This document shows, piece by piece, positions 1 to 12,399 of a DNA stretch of 64,000 bases. Position numbers and translations under genes: made by a program. This DNA comes from Fimbriosthenelais zetlandica (Eukaryota): NCBI GenBank assembly GCA_977030845.1, contig OZ365114.1, positions 26,412,001-26,476,000 of the forward strand. The letters run 5' to 3'. The notes beneath the pieces were generated by a model. It did no database searches. It had not been told where the DNA came from and worked only from the letters and a program-made list of their open reading frames with translations. Within the stretch, counting starts at the first letter, position 1. Each line of letters begins with the position of its first letter.

Positions 1-560
1 ACAAAGGTTGTGCCACCTCCAATATGAACCATATAGAAATAAGAGTGACTCAGCAGAAAATACACCCATACTATGACCACAACCTACTGGATCTTTTCGG
101 AACCCCTTTTTGCATGGAAACCCTAATTAGAAACTGTCCAGTCGGGATCTATTTTTTATTGAATTCCCCGCCGGATGTTTCCTTGTAGAGGTTTGTTTCT
201 TTATGGTACCTTGTCAGGTAATGTTTACTAGGGAATCTTATAGCTATATCTTTGATGATTACCGCGCGTTCCTACCCCATAGGTTCACTCCTTGGATAGA
301 TCAGATCTATAGAATACTGTCTCGGGATTATATTACAAGGAGAAGGGTTCCCATCCTGTGGCTAGAGTAGGATAAGCCCCACCAACACCCTCCAGCCCCA
401 TCCGACCATCCAATTAACCCTTCCCCAATGTCACCTCCCTCTAGGCATCTTGATATGGATCTTTGCCAGTGCCTTAAGGCATCCTTACATTATGTGGGTC
501 CGGATGGCAACCTAAGGCATCAACTTCCACAAAAGAATTTCAGGCAGTTTTCTCTTGGAG
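1..560 (-). mobile_element. Decayed Helitron/Helentron Rep remnant (truncated by window start)
   Basis: Manual minus-strand translation gives RVSMQKGVPKRSSRLW (~77-125), resembling Rep motif 2 (RVEFQxRGSPHxHxLLW). It is preceded by LRHWQRS...GCWWGL (~380-490), resembling the motif-1 region. Stops and frameshifts are present. Confidence 0.4.
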
Positions 561-1556
561 AATAACACATCTAGTCTTGAGTATGTAGTGTTCTATATGT
601 TCCCTTCAACAGATGTGATCTCAGATGTAATACGTGTTCCTCCTTTTAGGTCGAACAACTACTGGGACAAGATGAGAAAACTACTAAGACAAGCTAAAAA
701 TAATAATAAGAAAAGCTGAAATACTACTGAGAAATACCTACTTTAGCACCTGGTCTATTAAAAAATGACCTTAATTGTTATTTAAAAGTCATAAACCATT
801 GATTAATAATGTAATAAAAAAACATGTTTGCAAGATTGATGAACCGTCTGAGAAGTTTCTTTTCTGAAGTCGTCCAGCAAGTGTTAAAACAGTCCAGTGG
901 AGGTGTTCCTCCATAGTGTGCCGGGAGGAGGATATCTATGAGTGTGTTCATTAATCTTTGACCTGCACACTAATGATTCTCCAGCCAGCCGATCGTTATC
1001 ATAGTCCATATAGCCCCTACCTCATGCTCCTGGACAAAGCTATAGCATGCAGCTCCCCCACTAGATCCCCATCTCCAGGCAGGATACAAGCCGTCAGACC
1101 ATATATCCTATATCCTGCTTGTAAATCCCCCCCCCCCCCCCCACCCTCCACCTCATGAAACCCGCACACACCATGTTTGGATGTGTTAATTCTAATTTGG
1201 CGGTGAGAGTCAGAAGTTCCGGTTCCTATGAAAGATGACAATGAAAGATTTTTAAAAGTTCCCAATACAAGCCTTCCTGAAACCTTTTATTTAAACTGCT
1301 ACTAATATAGGCCTAAACCATACAATCTAAAAGGGAAAGTTCAAAGAAAGTCTCTCAACTAACAAAAGAACTCAAATTAACCTTAAAGGTAATCCCAACC
1401 TGAACCTAAAGTTTCAAAACATATCTTTTACTCAATTAGCTTTCTCTCGGCCCCTTTAAGTGTTTTTGTCATCTAGACTGGGGGAATATTTCGGTGGGGA
1501 AAAAAGAGCGGGAATGGTGGATTTGAGTGACAGGTGCCAGCGTGGGAAGAGGGGAG

Positions 1557-1721
1557 GCATCCTGGATACGCGTCGTCTAGCCTTAGCAACGCTGGCGACG
1601 TAACGTCGTGTCAAGTGGTAGCGGCGGAGGACCGTGGGAAAGATCGCTGGCTGGCGGCGACGCATCCTGGATACGCGTCGTCAACCTTAGCAACGCTAGC
1701 GACGTAACGTCATCTCAAGTG
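1557..1721. repeat. CpG-rich ~60-bp direct repeat (2 copies, 105-bp period) with RFX-like half sites
   Basis: gcatcctggatacgcgtcgtc(t)a(g/a)ccttagcaacgct(g/a)gcgacgtaacgtc(g/a)t(g/c)tcaagtg at 1557-1617 and 1662-1721. Each copy contains CCTTAGCAAC and GACGTAACGTC. Confidence 0.9.
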
Positions 1722-2599
1722 CTTTTCCGCCAGATGTTACAATTGGATGTAATTAAAAGGCATTGGGACCTGTCAAAGTGATATGTCAACTTTGATTTAT
1801 GGCTGTTAAACTTTGCCCGAATATGGGCCATCATGCACCTCATGACCCTGTGACTGGGTCTCTAGGGGAAAGAAGTTTGCTCTATAGATCTAGGCCCGAC
1901 AATACTAAGTTAAATAAGTTTCTCAACTTATTTATTTTGAAAAATATACAGAATTCAGGGGGGAAATGGTGCCTATATAAATATACCCGTTATTTGGGCC
2001 ACTATGTTTTTAACAATGCAGAGGTTTTGATACTCTTTCCCAACTTGATTGTTAACCCTGGACATGATGAGGTTACAGGAGCCTAGTTGTAATTTAGGGT
2101 AGGCCATTTAGACCTAATCTCGAGGCGTTTACATAGGGTTGTATATTTGTTATGAAAATATGATGGCTTTTCTCAAAACAAACACGTTTTTACGTGATTG
2201 CAATGCTGTTCAGTATCAGTTTTGAATAGGGTTGGGTCTAGACCAGGGGTCCTAACTATAGCATTTTGATGTTCTAAACCCCTCCTGAACCCCTCCTACC
2301 CCCAACCGACTTTCTGCGGTATTGGACAAGTATGAGGGACATATGTCCTGACTGAGATTTACAGCGGCCCTTTATTTTGCCATTTACATGGCTTTCAATG
2401 CCTATCTCCCTCCTCAAAGCTCCACAGTTTCTGAAGGACATTGCCAATCCTTGGCCATTACAATCTAACCCGTACATGTAAAGATACCAATGGCAGAATG
2501 GCAGGGAATCGATTGAAAACATGATTGGACTCACTATCCCTCCTCCATCTCCTCCATCTTCCCCTCCTTCAGCCCCCTCTTCACCCCCAGCTTCTTCCT

Positions 2600-3750
2600 C
2601 CCCTTCTCCACCTCCTCTTCAGACAGTCTGTCTTTGCTATTTGCTTTACAACGTACATACACATATTCTGGATTTCCTATATCCAAGCCTCTGTCAGTGT
2701 AGGCCAATTATTTCATTTTCTAACAATGTTGTGCCACTCGGAGCAGCTCTTTCTATTGGCCCTTCGTTCAATAGCTCCAGTCAGATACATGCTTATCGCC
2801 GGAGACTATTTTCCTCACACTACCCGCTCCCTATTGATCCTGCTCCTCAACTGCTCTCCCCCGCTTTAGAGAGCGCCTCGCGAGCTATTTATAGAACAGT
2901 TCCGTGTCTTTGGCAAGCTGCAAGGAATGAGGCGATTGGAGCAAAAGTTTCATCTGTGCATTTGTCAGCTTCGCCTTAAGTCTACATGAACCCTGACCCA
3001 AAGGAGGTCAACTTTATGAGTGGCTCAGAGCAAGACCAAAACTGCGCGGAAACCAGCAGAGAAAGGAGTTTTTTAACAGCGGCGGCAAAGGAACGGGATG
3101 CGGAGAAGGAATCGATGCATCTTTTAATAGATTGATGATAATTATGAGTTTCCTCTGGTTAGCCAGATGAAGGCTGGAAGAAGGGAATCCATCTAATAAG
3201 GGCTTACAATCTCACTGACGGTGGTTTGACTGATATACTTTTTAAGCATATCTTAGCATATCTTTGATTTAGCAAAATGTTCCATCAAGGAAAAGTTTAG
3301 AAAGGTTACTGCTGACCTTTCCTATATTTTGTCCATGACGTCCAAATGTTTATCCTTCATAAATAATAAAAGGCGTACTTCCAGAACAATCTAGCCATAA
3401 TGTATGATGGCTCATACTTTACATCTGGGATCTGGCATCTTAAAGTCAGCGAGGCAGTCATTTTACCGCGCATCTTCACTCCTGAGACCGCCTGGAGTAG
3501 GGGGTAGTAAGAGGGTACCACAGTAACAGTCTGGTGATAGGAAAAAGCAGGAGGGGGAGGACATATTGATGTACTTCTCCTGCTCCTCCTCCTGCCTCAG
3601 GCAGTATACGGGAGGAGAAGTCATAGATCTGGCCATGCTGGAGGAAAGGGGGTCTAGATTAGCCAGTGTAAAGCCCCTCTCCTCCTGCCATCAGGCTGCC
3701 CCCTTTTATGAGCATATAGTCAGCATTTCCCCTTCTACGCTAGCGCACTG
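2600..3750 (-). mobile_element. Decayed CR1-type LINE, APE endonuclease region
   Basis: Minus-strand motifs in the correct order: AGGGAGEVHQYV (GGGVAIYV-like), LADFKMPDPRC at 3421-3453 (GDFNxPDIxW-like), HLDVM (LDLV-like). Confidence 0.55.
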
Positions 3751-3899
3751 ATAGAGTCAATAAAAACACATTCTGGAATACTATACCAATATTTCCTAGG
3801 CCTACCACACACCCAGTCATTTTCTACTTATCAAATGGCATGATATGATGATGCTATCAGGGGATGGAAGAAATAAATCAACTATAAATACTAAATCCA

Positions 3900-4310
3900 G
3901 TTTGGAGTAGACCTGTATAGTTAAACGAAAGCAATCAGATTTATATTACGATAAATCAGACAGAGACAATATTTCTGAATTGCAATAATGATGATTTTAA
4001 ACAAAAATGAAGACTTCCCACCGAAGCCAGAATCTAAGCTGTCAATGCAGTAAAATATCTTGCATGAAATAAATCCCATCTATGGACGATAAGGTCCTCT
4101 TTGTATCCAAAGTGACATGCTTTGTACATAATCATGGAAGGACATGATTTAATTGAACTGACATCCATGATTATCCACGGACAATTATTGAAGAAAATCA
4201 TCCTTTCGATGTTGACATGTGTATAATTATGGCAAATCTATAAGAATACCATTGTTGTGCTGTGTATATCCTTGCAAATCCTTTGATGTCTGAAGATAAC
4301 GAATCCTTAA
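3900..4310 (-). mobile_element. Decayed LINE reverse transcriptase fragment
   Basis: Minus strand GF...HSTTMVFL (4241-4264; GFRxxHSTxxAL-like), followed by IMDVSSIKS (LDLSKAFD-like). Confidence 0.45.
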
Positions 4311-5086
4311 TTGTTTTTCCTTTATCTCGGTCCGTTTGAGATGATATGGGCATATATGTTTGTGTCTGTTTTCGATTGCAGCATTTTCGATCGCAGGACG
4401 TCCAGAGGACGCTTACTGGATGAGGGCGGTTTTTTTTGGCGTTTGAAACACACGTTGATATCGTTACAAATTAGGAATGGGCCTAATGAGCAGTATAATA
4501 GATACTTATAATATTATAAGGAAAGAGGAATATGTGAAGACTTTTACCTGGGAGTGTTCCTGGTGCCTTGATTTAGGCCATTGAAGCCTGTGTCATGGAG
4601 GCAGCCCAATGCCACGAGTTCCATCCAACACCAACCTGAAACAAAAACGAAGTACACACATTAAATAAATTAAATTCAATTTATATCACATATTTTTAAA
4701 GTTATTTTTTATTGAAAGTGAACAGCTACTTCCAGAGTCTTTTCAGTTTTCTCATTTATACATTTTCTCGATGGAATTGTACGTTTCCCGCTGTGATCAA
4801 AACAAGTATACTAATACAAGTCTCCGAATACTGGAGATAAAATAATCTGAATTCCCAGTTCGTTTACAGGAGAGATGAGATTTCTATGGCTGTGAAAGCA
4901 AAGTAAGAGTCGCCCTTTATGTGATATCCGACACTGAACAGTATATAGTCTGCCCCTGGATAGACAATAGATGAGGGCATTGCATTGCAATTAATCACAA
5001 GAGGATAAAGCTGTATAAAAACATTATTCAACTCTATAATATAATGGGTTGTTGAGGTAAAGATATTTGGTGTTTATTCAGTTGAG

Positions 5087-5118
5087 ATGATCATAAACCT
5101 GAATGATCATAAACCTGA
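5087..5118. repeat. Perfect 16-bp tandem duplication
   Basis: atgatcataaacctga x2. Confidence 0.9.
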
Positions 5119-6649
5119 TGATGATGAACCCATTACGTGACCGGGTCGGGAGTGTGGAGTTTTTTTCCTCCTGGCTCAATACACTGAGTTCACATTCCTT
5201 GCCCACCTGATCATCTCCAGGCAACAATGCTCTCTCCAGGGAACCGTTCTGTATATATGACACTTTTTAGCACTAAAAGGAAGAGCCCAAGCACTGCATA
5301 TCACAAGCCAAATATCCAGGTGATTTACTTTCTTCAGCATGACACAAAACCCATATTGATTTTAGGTACTACCCTCAAAGATGCTTAGGGGAAAACCATT
5401 AGAATACCAAAGGGCCTGGATTTTTTTATTAAATAAATTATTTGGTAAGGAAAATGGATGAACTGAATATAATTTATTAACACAAGAGTCTGTGGAATTA
5501 AAGTATTCTATCCACAAAGGAAGGTGGAATGAAAAAATGGGTCGGACAAAAAATCCAGCCCCCTAATGCCTTTTCGGTGTTAGAACAAAGATGTGACATT
5601 TTTAAGGAGAGTATTTGAAGGAATATAGGTGGTTGGGTATTTGAATGGACAATGCTGAGTTGGAGCATGGTAGCTGACGGTATAGTGTGAAGCCAGGAGT
5701 CCCTGAAATACTCCAGATAAGACCTGAATCACTGGTGTGTATACAGCAGCTGGCATGGGGGTTACCAGTGTCCTTCTACTAATACTTCACTCTACCCCCG
5801 CCACCTCCATAAACTTCAGGCTAAGGATTACAAACATATACCCCATATATATCAATGTCTATTCTGATATTTAACATTAGTTTCCATGGATGCTTCTGGA
5901 ATACAGTCAAAACTAATTCAGACAAAATACAGCTGTATGTTCTTCATAATTTGAGCATTGCACTAAATGCGTCAATGTTTATTGCCTATTATATAAGACT
6001 ATTAAGCTATAACACGAAATATAGACAGCCTTATTGTGAGTAGTGCATGGAATCTAAACTTTAATCAAGGATACCCCTGCTGTAACCTCTATAGTTCTAT
6101 GGGGGGACTGCTTTAAATGCTGTGAAGAGGAAGTGGTATGTGCCTAGTCAGGACCCATGACAAGACTCTTGTGGTCGGGCTGTCGTTGCACATATTGCTC
6201 ATCTCTTAATAGAATAATGCATCATTGATATCAATCCTGGCACTCAATTTCCACGCCTGAAGCGAGGTAAGTACACGTTGACCCTAGCTCTCTGATGCTT
6301 GTTTGGCCTTTGCTAGTTGCTATGCTACACGTCCGTCTCCCTGGAGATAGCAGCTCTGACCTGCTCGCCATGGCAATGCTGACCCCGGCTGACCCCACTG
6401 ACAACCTTTACTAGCCCCTCCCTCCGTGTGGCTGTCCACTGTCCAAGATTACACTGGAGGTGTTAGACCTGGAGACTGGAGGACTTGCCATCTAGTTTAA
6501 AACGTATTGGCTATAACCATTTATGATATATCTTAAACAATATTGCTCGCAATTCCATTCTTAATTAGACGCTGTATAAACTTCAGATCTCATAAAATGG
6601 AAAATAGTTTGAGTTTCAAACAGTGGTATTTGATTTGTAGCTTTCAGTG

Positions 6650-9340
6650 ACTATTCGATCTTGGCAATCAAGTTGCTGCGTGGGCAAACTTACATTGGAG
6701 AGGCGGGGACAATGTCAGGATTGTTCTGAATTATTTTATTACAGAATTCAATTCAAATTAAAGTGGCTCGAAAAGTTATCTGAAATCGAAAAGGTTAATA
6801 GAAGTGCCACCTTCATAACACCACAAGATCTGATTCTCCAAACAAATGCCATTCAATGAAAAGTCTGAACTGGAGGAAAGATCAATGGAAAGAGGATTTG
6901 CCATTCCCGAATTAGAAACTAAAGATTTCATCCAAACTCTTCTTCTCCTTGAGCGAATGACAATCATTTGGTTGGTAACACATTGCCATTAACACAATGG
7001 ACTTGAAGTCATTAAAGTTTAGGAGCTCTTCTCTCCAACCCGAGCCACTCTCTGGTGTTTTTCACCAATTGCCTTTGAATGTTACCGGTCGAAACAGGAA
7101 AAACAGGTACAACAATAAGGAGGGATGATGAAGGAGGCCGACAAGGGTAAACAGGGCATTAGGTTTATGAAAATAGATCTGACTTTATTGGGGAGTCTGT
7201 TGGTGATGAGGATGTTCAGAAATGCTCGGAGGCTGGGAGGGCAAATAAGTATTAAAAGCCCAAACGAATCGCTCCATCCTACAATGAATTGGTTGGCTAT
7301 ATTTATTAGGATTCAATTCAATCTGACTTCAAGACTTTCCCAATGATTCTTTGCAAGGCGTTCAAAGCTGTCGATATAAAATGTGAACTAAAGTGTATGA
7401 AGGATTCAATGGAGGTAGAGCAGACCAGACTAATATTATCTCGTGGATTCAGATTGATAATGTCCCAATGATGTTTTTGTTTTCGTTGGTCTTTGGTCAA
7501 CAATCCTTACAACAGCAATGATCTAGGTCATACACTAAATGTACTGTAGGTTCAATACACAAGGACTTGTAAACAACATTTTACTTGTGAATTATTCATT
7601 AATATTTTGTATTCAAAGACTTGAAAAGCTACATGGACTTTTGATCTTGCTAATCACTTTGAAATCATTGACATTCCATTGCAGCAGTCCAGATTCACAG
7701 GTATTTCAAAACAAAACCGAAAGTTCCACTGCATGTACCGGAAGTTAGATTTGAATATATAGGTCAGGCGAACCTACCTGGTCCACCAATGGGAAATTAG
7801 GCTCAGAGCTTTATGGAAAGAAACACAATAATCCCCTACAGCACTAGCTTCATCTCCCAGGGGTCTAGCCTATCACTATCAACCTTCCCAAGACCTACTT
7901 TAAATTCCCAAAGGGAAACTTGACACTTCCAGTTCCATGTTTTCCACTCAAACCTAATTTAATTTGTGACATAGATTTTATTGGTTTCGGGTCTGCCGCA
8001 GCATCTTAGACCAACTTTAGGGCTGGTAGTTTCTTGATGGCCTATTACGTCCCCACTTGGATCAAATTACAATCCTACAATCATTATGTGCTGGTGCTTG
8101 AAGCAGCTTAATTTTCCATGAAGTTTCTCTCACCATTTTCTAAGTACAAAAATAGTTTTGGAAATTATTGAATATTCTCTTCTGCCGCTCATCTCGCTCC
8201 TCTTGCACCTGATTTTGTACCTCAGGCTCCAGCTGCTGCCTCCAACCATAGAGTCTTTTTGCCTGCCCATCAACTACCAGTTTACCCTTCATCCCCTTCC
8301 CTATCCCAGCCCTTGGCTCTTCCTCTCTCTCTACTCTTCACCGTCAGACACACAACATCACAATTCCCACAAATGGGATTTCAACAGTGGCTGGAGCCAG
8401 GAATTCCCACTTGCTGAGTGGTTCCGGTAAAAAAAATACTTCATTGTCTTTTGATAATGCACTTTCGCTGTAATCCACGCCGGAGAACAGATTGTCTCGC
8501 CAAGTGAGCTGCGATTCCTAACCTCATTAGATAATCTCTCTAGACGATTATCTTCAGGCGAACGATACAGATTCCAGACTGATATTACTGCTTTCATGAT
8601 GGCAAGAATTGGTCTGAAATATTGGATATACAGAAAGGGATTTCTCATATACGCTCTGATAGGAGCAGGTGCACAATGAAATAGAATATCAAACAGCCAT
8701 GACCGCTGTTATGAAACTTTTCAATTAAAGTGGGACAGACATTGTAAATCGACTTATTCCAAGTTCACTATTGAATCAAAACAAGCAACAAACTGGATTT
8801 GATTGCCTATAATGATGAATGAAACGTGCGCGAATGCTAACCAAATCCGATTCCACAAGATTGTTCAAAATACCTATAGGGTATATACATAAGTTTCTAA
8901 AATAGCACAGCACTATTATAGGGACAGGAAAAGAGCACCGGACAATCATTGAGCTTTCTCAGCATTATTTTTTCAGGTTGTAATACGCCTACATCCCCAT
9001 CCATACGAGAACCCCCTCATCGCATATTTTCAAATAGGAAGAAGTATGTCGTTTGCCTTTGAAGTGTGGAGGATCATTGTTGAACCGTGCTTTGCTTCTC
9101 CACGGGGCCAAAAGCTCAAATCCCGGAGTCATCTTTACAGCCGCCATACTTTGCCACGGGAGAATTATAGCTGGCTCGGCAGGGAAGACCCTTCAAAAGA
9201 AGATTGCCAATTCTCCACTCCATGGTAACACCTTGGAGGTGGTGTCCCTCTTCTTCCTGTGTCGGTAGAGAGGACCCGGAGGAGTATGTTTACAATGGCT
9301 TTGTCACATCCTGTCTGAGGAACTACAAAGCTAAGGCTTT
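6650..9340 (+). mobile_element. Decayed DIRS1-type tyrosine-recombinase retrotransposon (RT-RNase H-C-terminal domain-YR, colinear)
   Basis: Ordered degenerate motifs: VGKLTL..YYRIQF..LQTNAIQ (VGGRL..GYxIxF..LLxKGAI), TMDLKSLKF 6994-7020 (DLKDAYF), GIRFMKIDLTLLG ~7154-7192 (GIRLxIYxDD), LGGQISIK..SLHPT, TWSTN, YSLLPLIS..PYPSPWL (YAFPPFxLI..PxWPxQPW; ORF 8158), RFLTSL ~8513 and RKGF (YR N-terminal part). Confidence 0.65.
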
Positions 9341-11450
9341 ACCACAAGTCCTTACTCCGCTGCTCCTCTTATATTCTCAACGCTCCTGTCTTCAGGCTTG
9401 AATCTCTTATAAGGCTGTTGTTCACCAGACAAGAGTCTCTTATAGACCTCATCGCACGTTCGCCCAGCTCCTTTGATATAATCTATTAAGTTTGCTTTAT
9501 CAATAACAGATATAAAAAGACGGATGACCCATGGGGAGTATGATGCAAGAGAGACGGCAGGTTTAACCTTGACCATCCCAGTTACTCCCCTCCGCTGCTC
9601 ATCTCTTTATTCTTTCCTGGCTGGCTTCTGGATCAACAACAACAGTTTGATCATTAATGGGGAGGTGCACTTAACAATAAAAACCCATGATCCATTATAG
9701 GGCATACCAGCCTCATAAACCATCCCAAGGCTGAGCCCGAAATAACCGCCGCTTCATTGAAATTCATCCAATTGAGGTCATGCCTCTAGCTCACTTGAAT
9801 CTCAATTATTGTTAGATTATTCAAGAGCGAATCAGGTTTGTCACCAATGTCTAAAGTGTGTCTAAATTACAATAAAATATTAGATAAATAGGAAAATATT
9901 ACAGGGGGTGCTTTCAGCTCACGTTAAATGAGACATGGGGAAATCTAAAGACATGGTAGCAGGTGAAGCCAAGCACATTCCCTCCAGGTTAAAAATGGAC
10001 AGGGAACACATAGCTCTGTCACTCTCACTCACTACCAGGAGCTGGGCAGAAAGATCTGAAGTCACACAAGAGTTGGGAATAATTAATGGACACTTAAATT
10101 AGGGCTGGATCGTGCCTTTGTCAGCGACAAGTTTTTGCCGAGGGCTTGGCGTGCATCGGAGAAGACTGGCTTATCTATTATTCAAAAGGCACCGATGTTC
10201 CTGTCGCGGGACCAACTTGAGCTCTGGCACCCACCATGCTATAGTATAGGCGATTCCTCCCCGCCAGAATGAAGCAATTCTGTCCAGCTTGTGTTTTTGT
10301 TGCCAGGACCGAGATTGGAAGATTGGGAATCAGGGAAAGTGGTAAATGGTTCTCACGCCTCTTTTGCCAATCATGCTTTCTCATGAGACTTTAAATTACA
10401 TGGGCCAATTGCGACATCGAATATATAAGGATCTTGTGTCTTCACAATTCCAACTTGTGTCCATACTCACTTTTAAATTAAATATTTCATAGTAGGTGTA
10501 AACGATATTCCCCCAAGGAGACAAGGACATGGATGGCTAGAATGTGTTACAAGAACATGCTAATTCCCATGACTGCCAATGTCATTGTTAATGACTTTCA
10601 GTTCGTCTTGCTGTTAATGGAAACATTGGTTTAAGTAACTAACAAACATTTTCGGAAAAGGGCGTTGAGAGAAGAATAATATAATCATTAGGATTCCCTG
10701 ACAGAATTTCCAACATATACTTCTCGGGCAGCCTTGGAAGGAAGAAATGAGCTGCAATTTGTAGCATTTGTCTTACAGTGTACTGAGCTAAAAAGTACAT
10801 TTTACTGTAGCTGGGGGTGGATATGGAGGTGCTCTTAGTGTGGCACTTGTAGTTACTTTTACCATGTATGGGGTGGATTGACTGTGGCGCTAGTAGTAAT
10901 GGTTCTCCTCACAGCGAGGGCCCAGGTGGCAGAGTAGCGTGACTAGCATACGTTCCTAGTCTTTATGATGTTGTTACTGGAGAAGACTGGTCTGGGAAAG
11001 GGGGGAGAGATAGGGGGAGAGGGGGTTGAGGGGAAAGATGTAGAGGGAGAAACCATCATCTCCTTCCCACTGATGTAAGCACGGGAGAGTCAGAACAAAA
11101 TAACTGTCACCATTCTGACAGTGAATTGCTGAATGCTGTCAAACGTGGAGGCATGGGGAAGGGAGTGTAGCTGTCACAGTGACATAAGTGAATTAAAGAA
11201 AGCCTGACAGACGTGTAAATGCTGTCAGACTCAGATCTGACATCAAACTTTAAGTTAAAATCTTTCAAACACAGGCCCGTAGCCAGGCCTTCCGATTCTG
11301 GCAACTTATCATTTTCTTGCAGCAAATGATCCACTTGCAGTTGATGGTCTTGTAGACAAGCTCCATGTGCAAGAATCACTGCAGGAATCACCAGGCAATG
11401 ATCCATGGTAGGTAACCAAATAGTGTACCAAGTCATTATAAATATCCACT
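9340..11450 (-). mobile_element. Decayed non-LTR retrotransposon (EN-RT-C-terminus)
   Basis: ORF 11107-11436 LCLKDFNLKFD (GDFNxHVD-like); ORF 10178-10384 NHLPLSLIPNL (NYRPISLLPNL-like); ORF 9352-9576 GAGRTCDEVYKRLLSGE..KR (RTE-like post-RT RxLxGExxxxKR). All are on the minus strand in the correct order. Confidence 0.55.
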
Positions 11451-12399
11451 AGATATTCATGACTTGCAATTCTTGCAAAGTTACCTATCTGTCTCTACCA
11501 ATGCCTCCCCACACGGGAGTGGGCTGGGGTTACTAATACATTTGACCTAAATGAACTGGGGCGTATCATGGAGCCACATTCTAAGGCAACGTAATATCAT
11601 TTTCTGGCACTTGCATTAACTGATCAGGAATCGTACATGCTGCGACAGATCAGCGACAGAGCTGCGAGAATACTGCGAGCGATCTGCAACAGGTGTTGTA
11701 ACAGATCAGCGACTGTGAACAAATCAACTTTAAGTCAGATTCGAGGCATGTTGAGATCAGTTTGATAGGAATGATTTTAGGCTTGTCAGATCTATCTCTC
11801 ACATATTATAAAGAAATAAGATGAAAGAAGCCTACATCATCAGTAAACTTCAGAGAACACATCATTTAAATAGGACTCGATGAGGCCGATTGAAGATCCC
11901 TGCATGGTGAGAATACGGAGTATAAGCTTACAGTTCATATTGCCCACTCAGACATCCATTTCCAATCAGATTCTCCCGGGACACGTCCGCCTGATCCACC
12001 TGCTATTTCCTGAAACCTTCTCCAATGACATGACATGATTTTGTAGAAGATCACAATCTTGATTTTAAGCAAGCTAGAATTCCAATACAGACGGCGTCTC
12101 TGAAGGCCTGAATTTAAAGCGGACGATCAGGTAGATCTGATGTTACCTTGAAATAACAGTTTTCTTACAAAATGGCGGGCGTCGGGTAAGGAGCAGCGGA
12201 TCACCAGCGTAGGGTAGCCATTGCCATGGAAATGCTCAGGGATTTAATTTTCATTTCGGCAGAATGTGAGCAGCTCCAAGTGTCATGCTGAAAGCCATCA
12301 GTCATTATGACAGGTAGATGCAGGCCAAATGTAGAAATGTCACACCTTGTTAATATTGCATGGCCACAGATGACAGATTAGCAGTGAAAAGTAAGTACT

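Noticed and set aside
8358-8648. Minus-strand ORF with NLYRSP as a LINE endonuclease
   Set aside because: The plus strand of the same bases gives a better, colinear DIRS tyrosine-recombinase reading (RFLTSL, RKGF) within the 6650-9340 element.
11640-11715. ACAGATCAGCGAC duplication, possible Harbinger-like terminus
   Set aside because: No partner TIR or TSD found; too short to classify.
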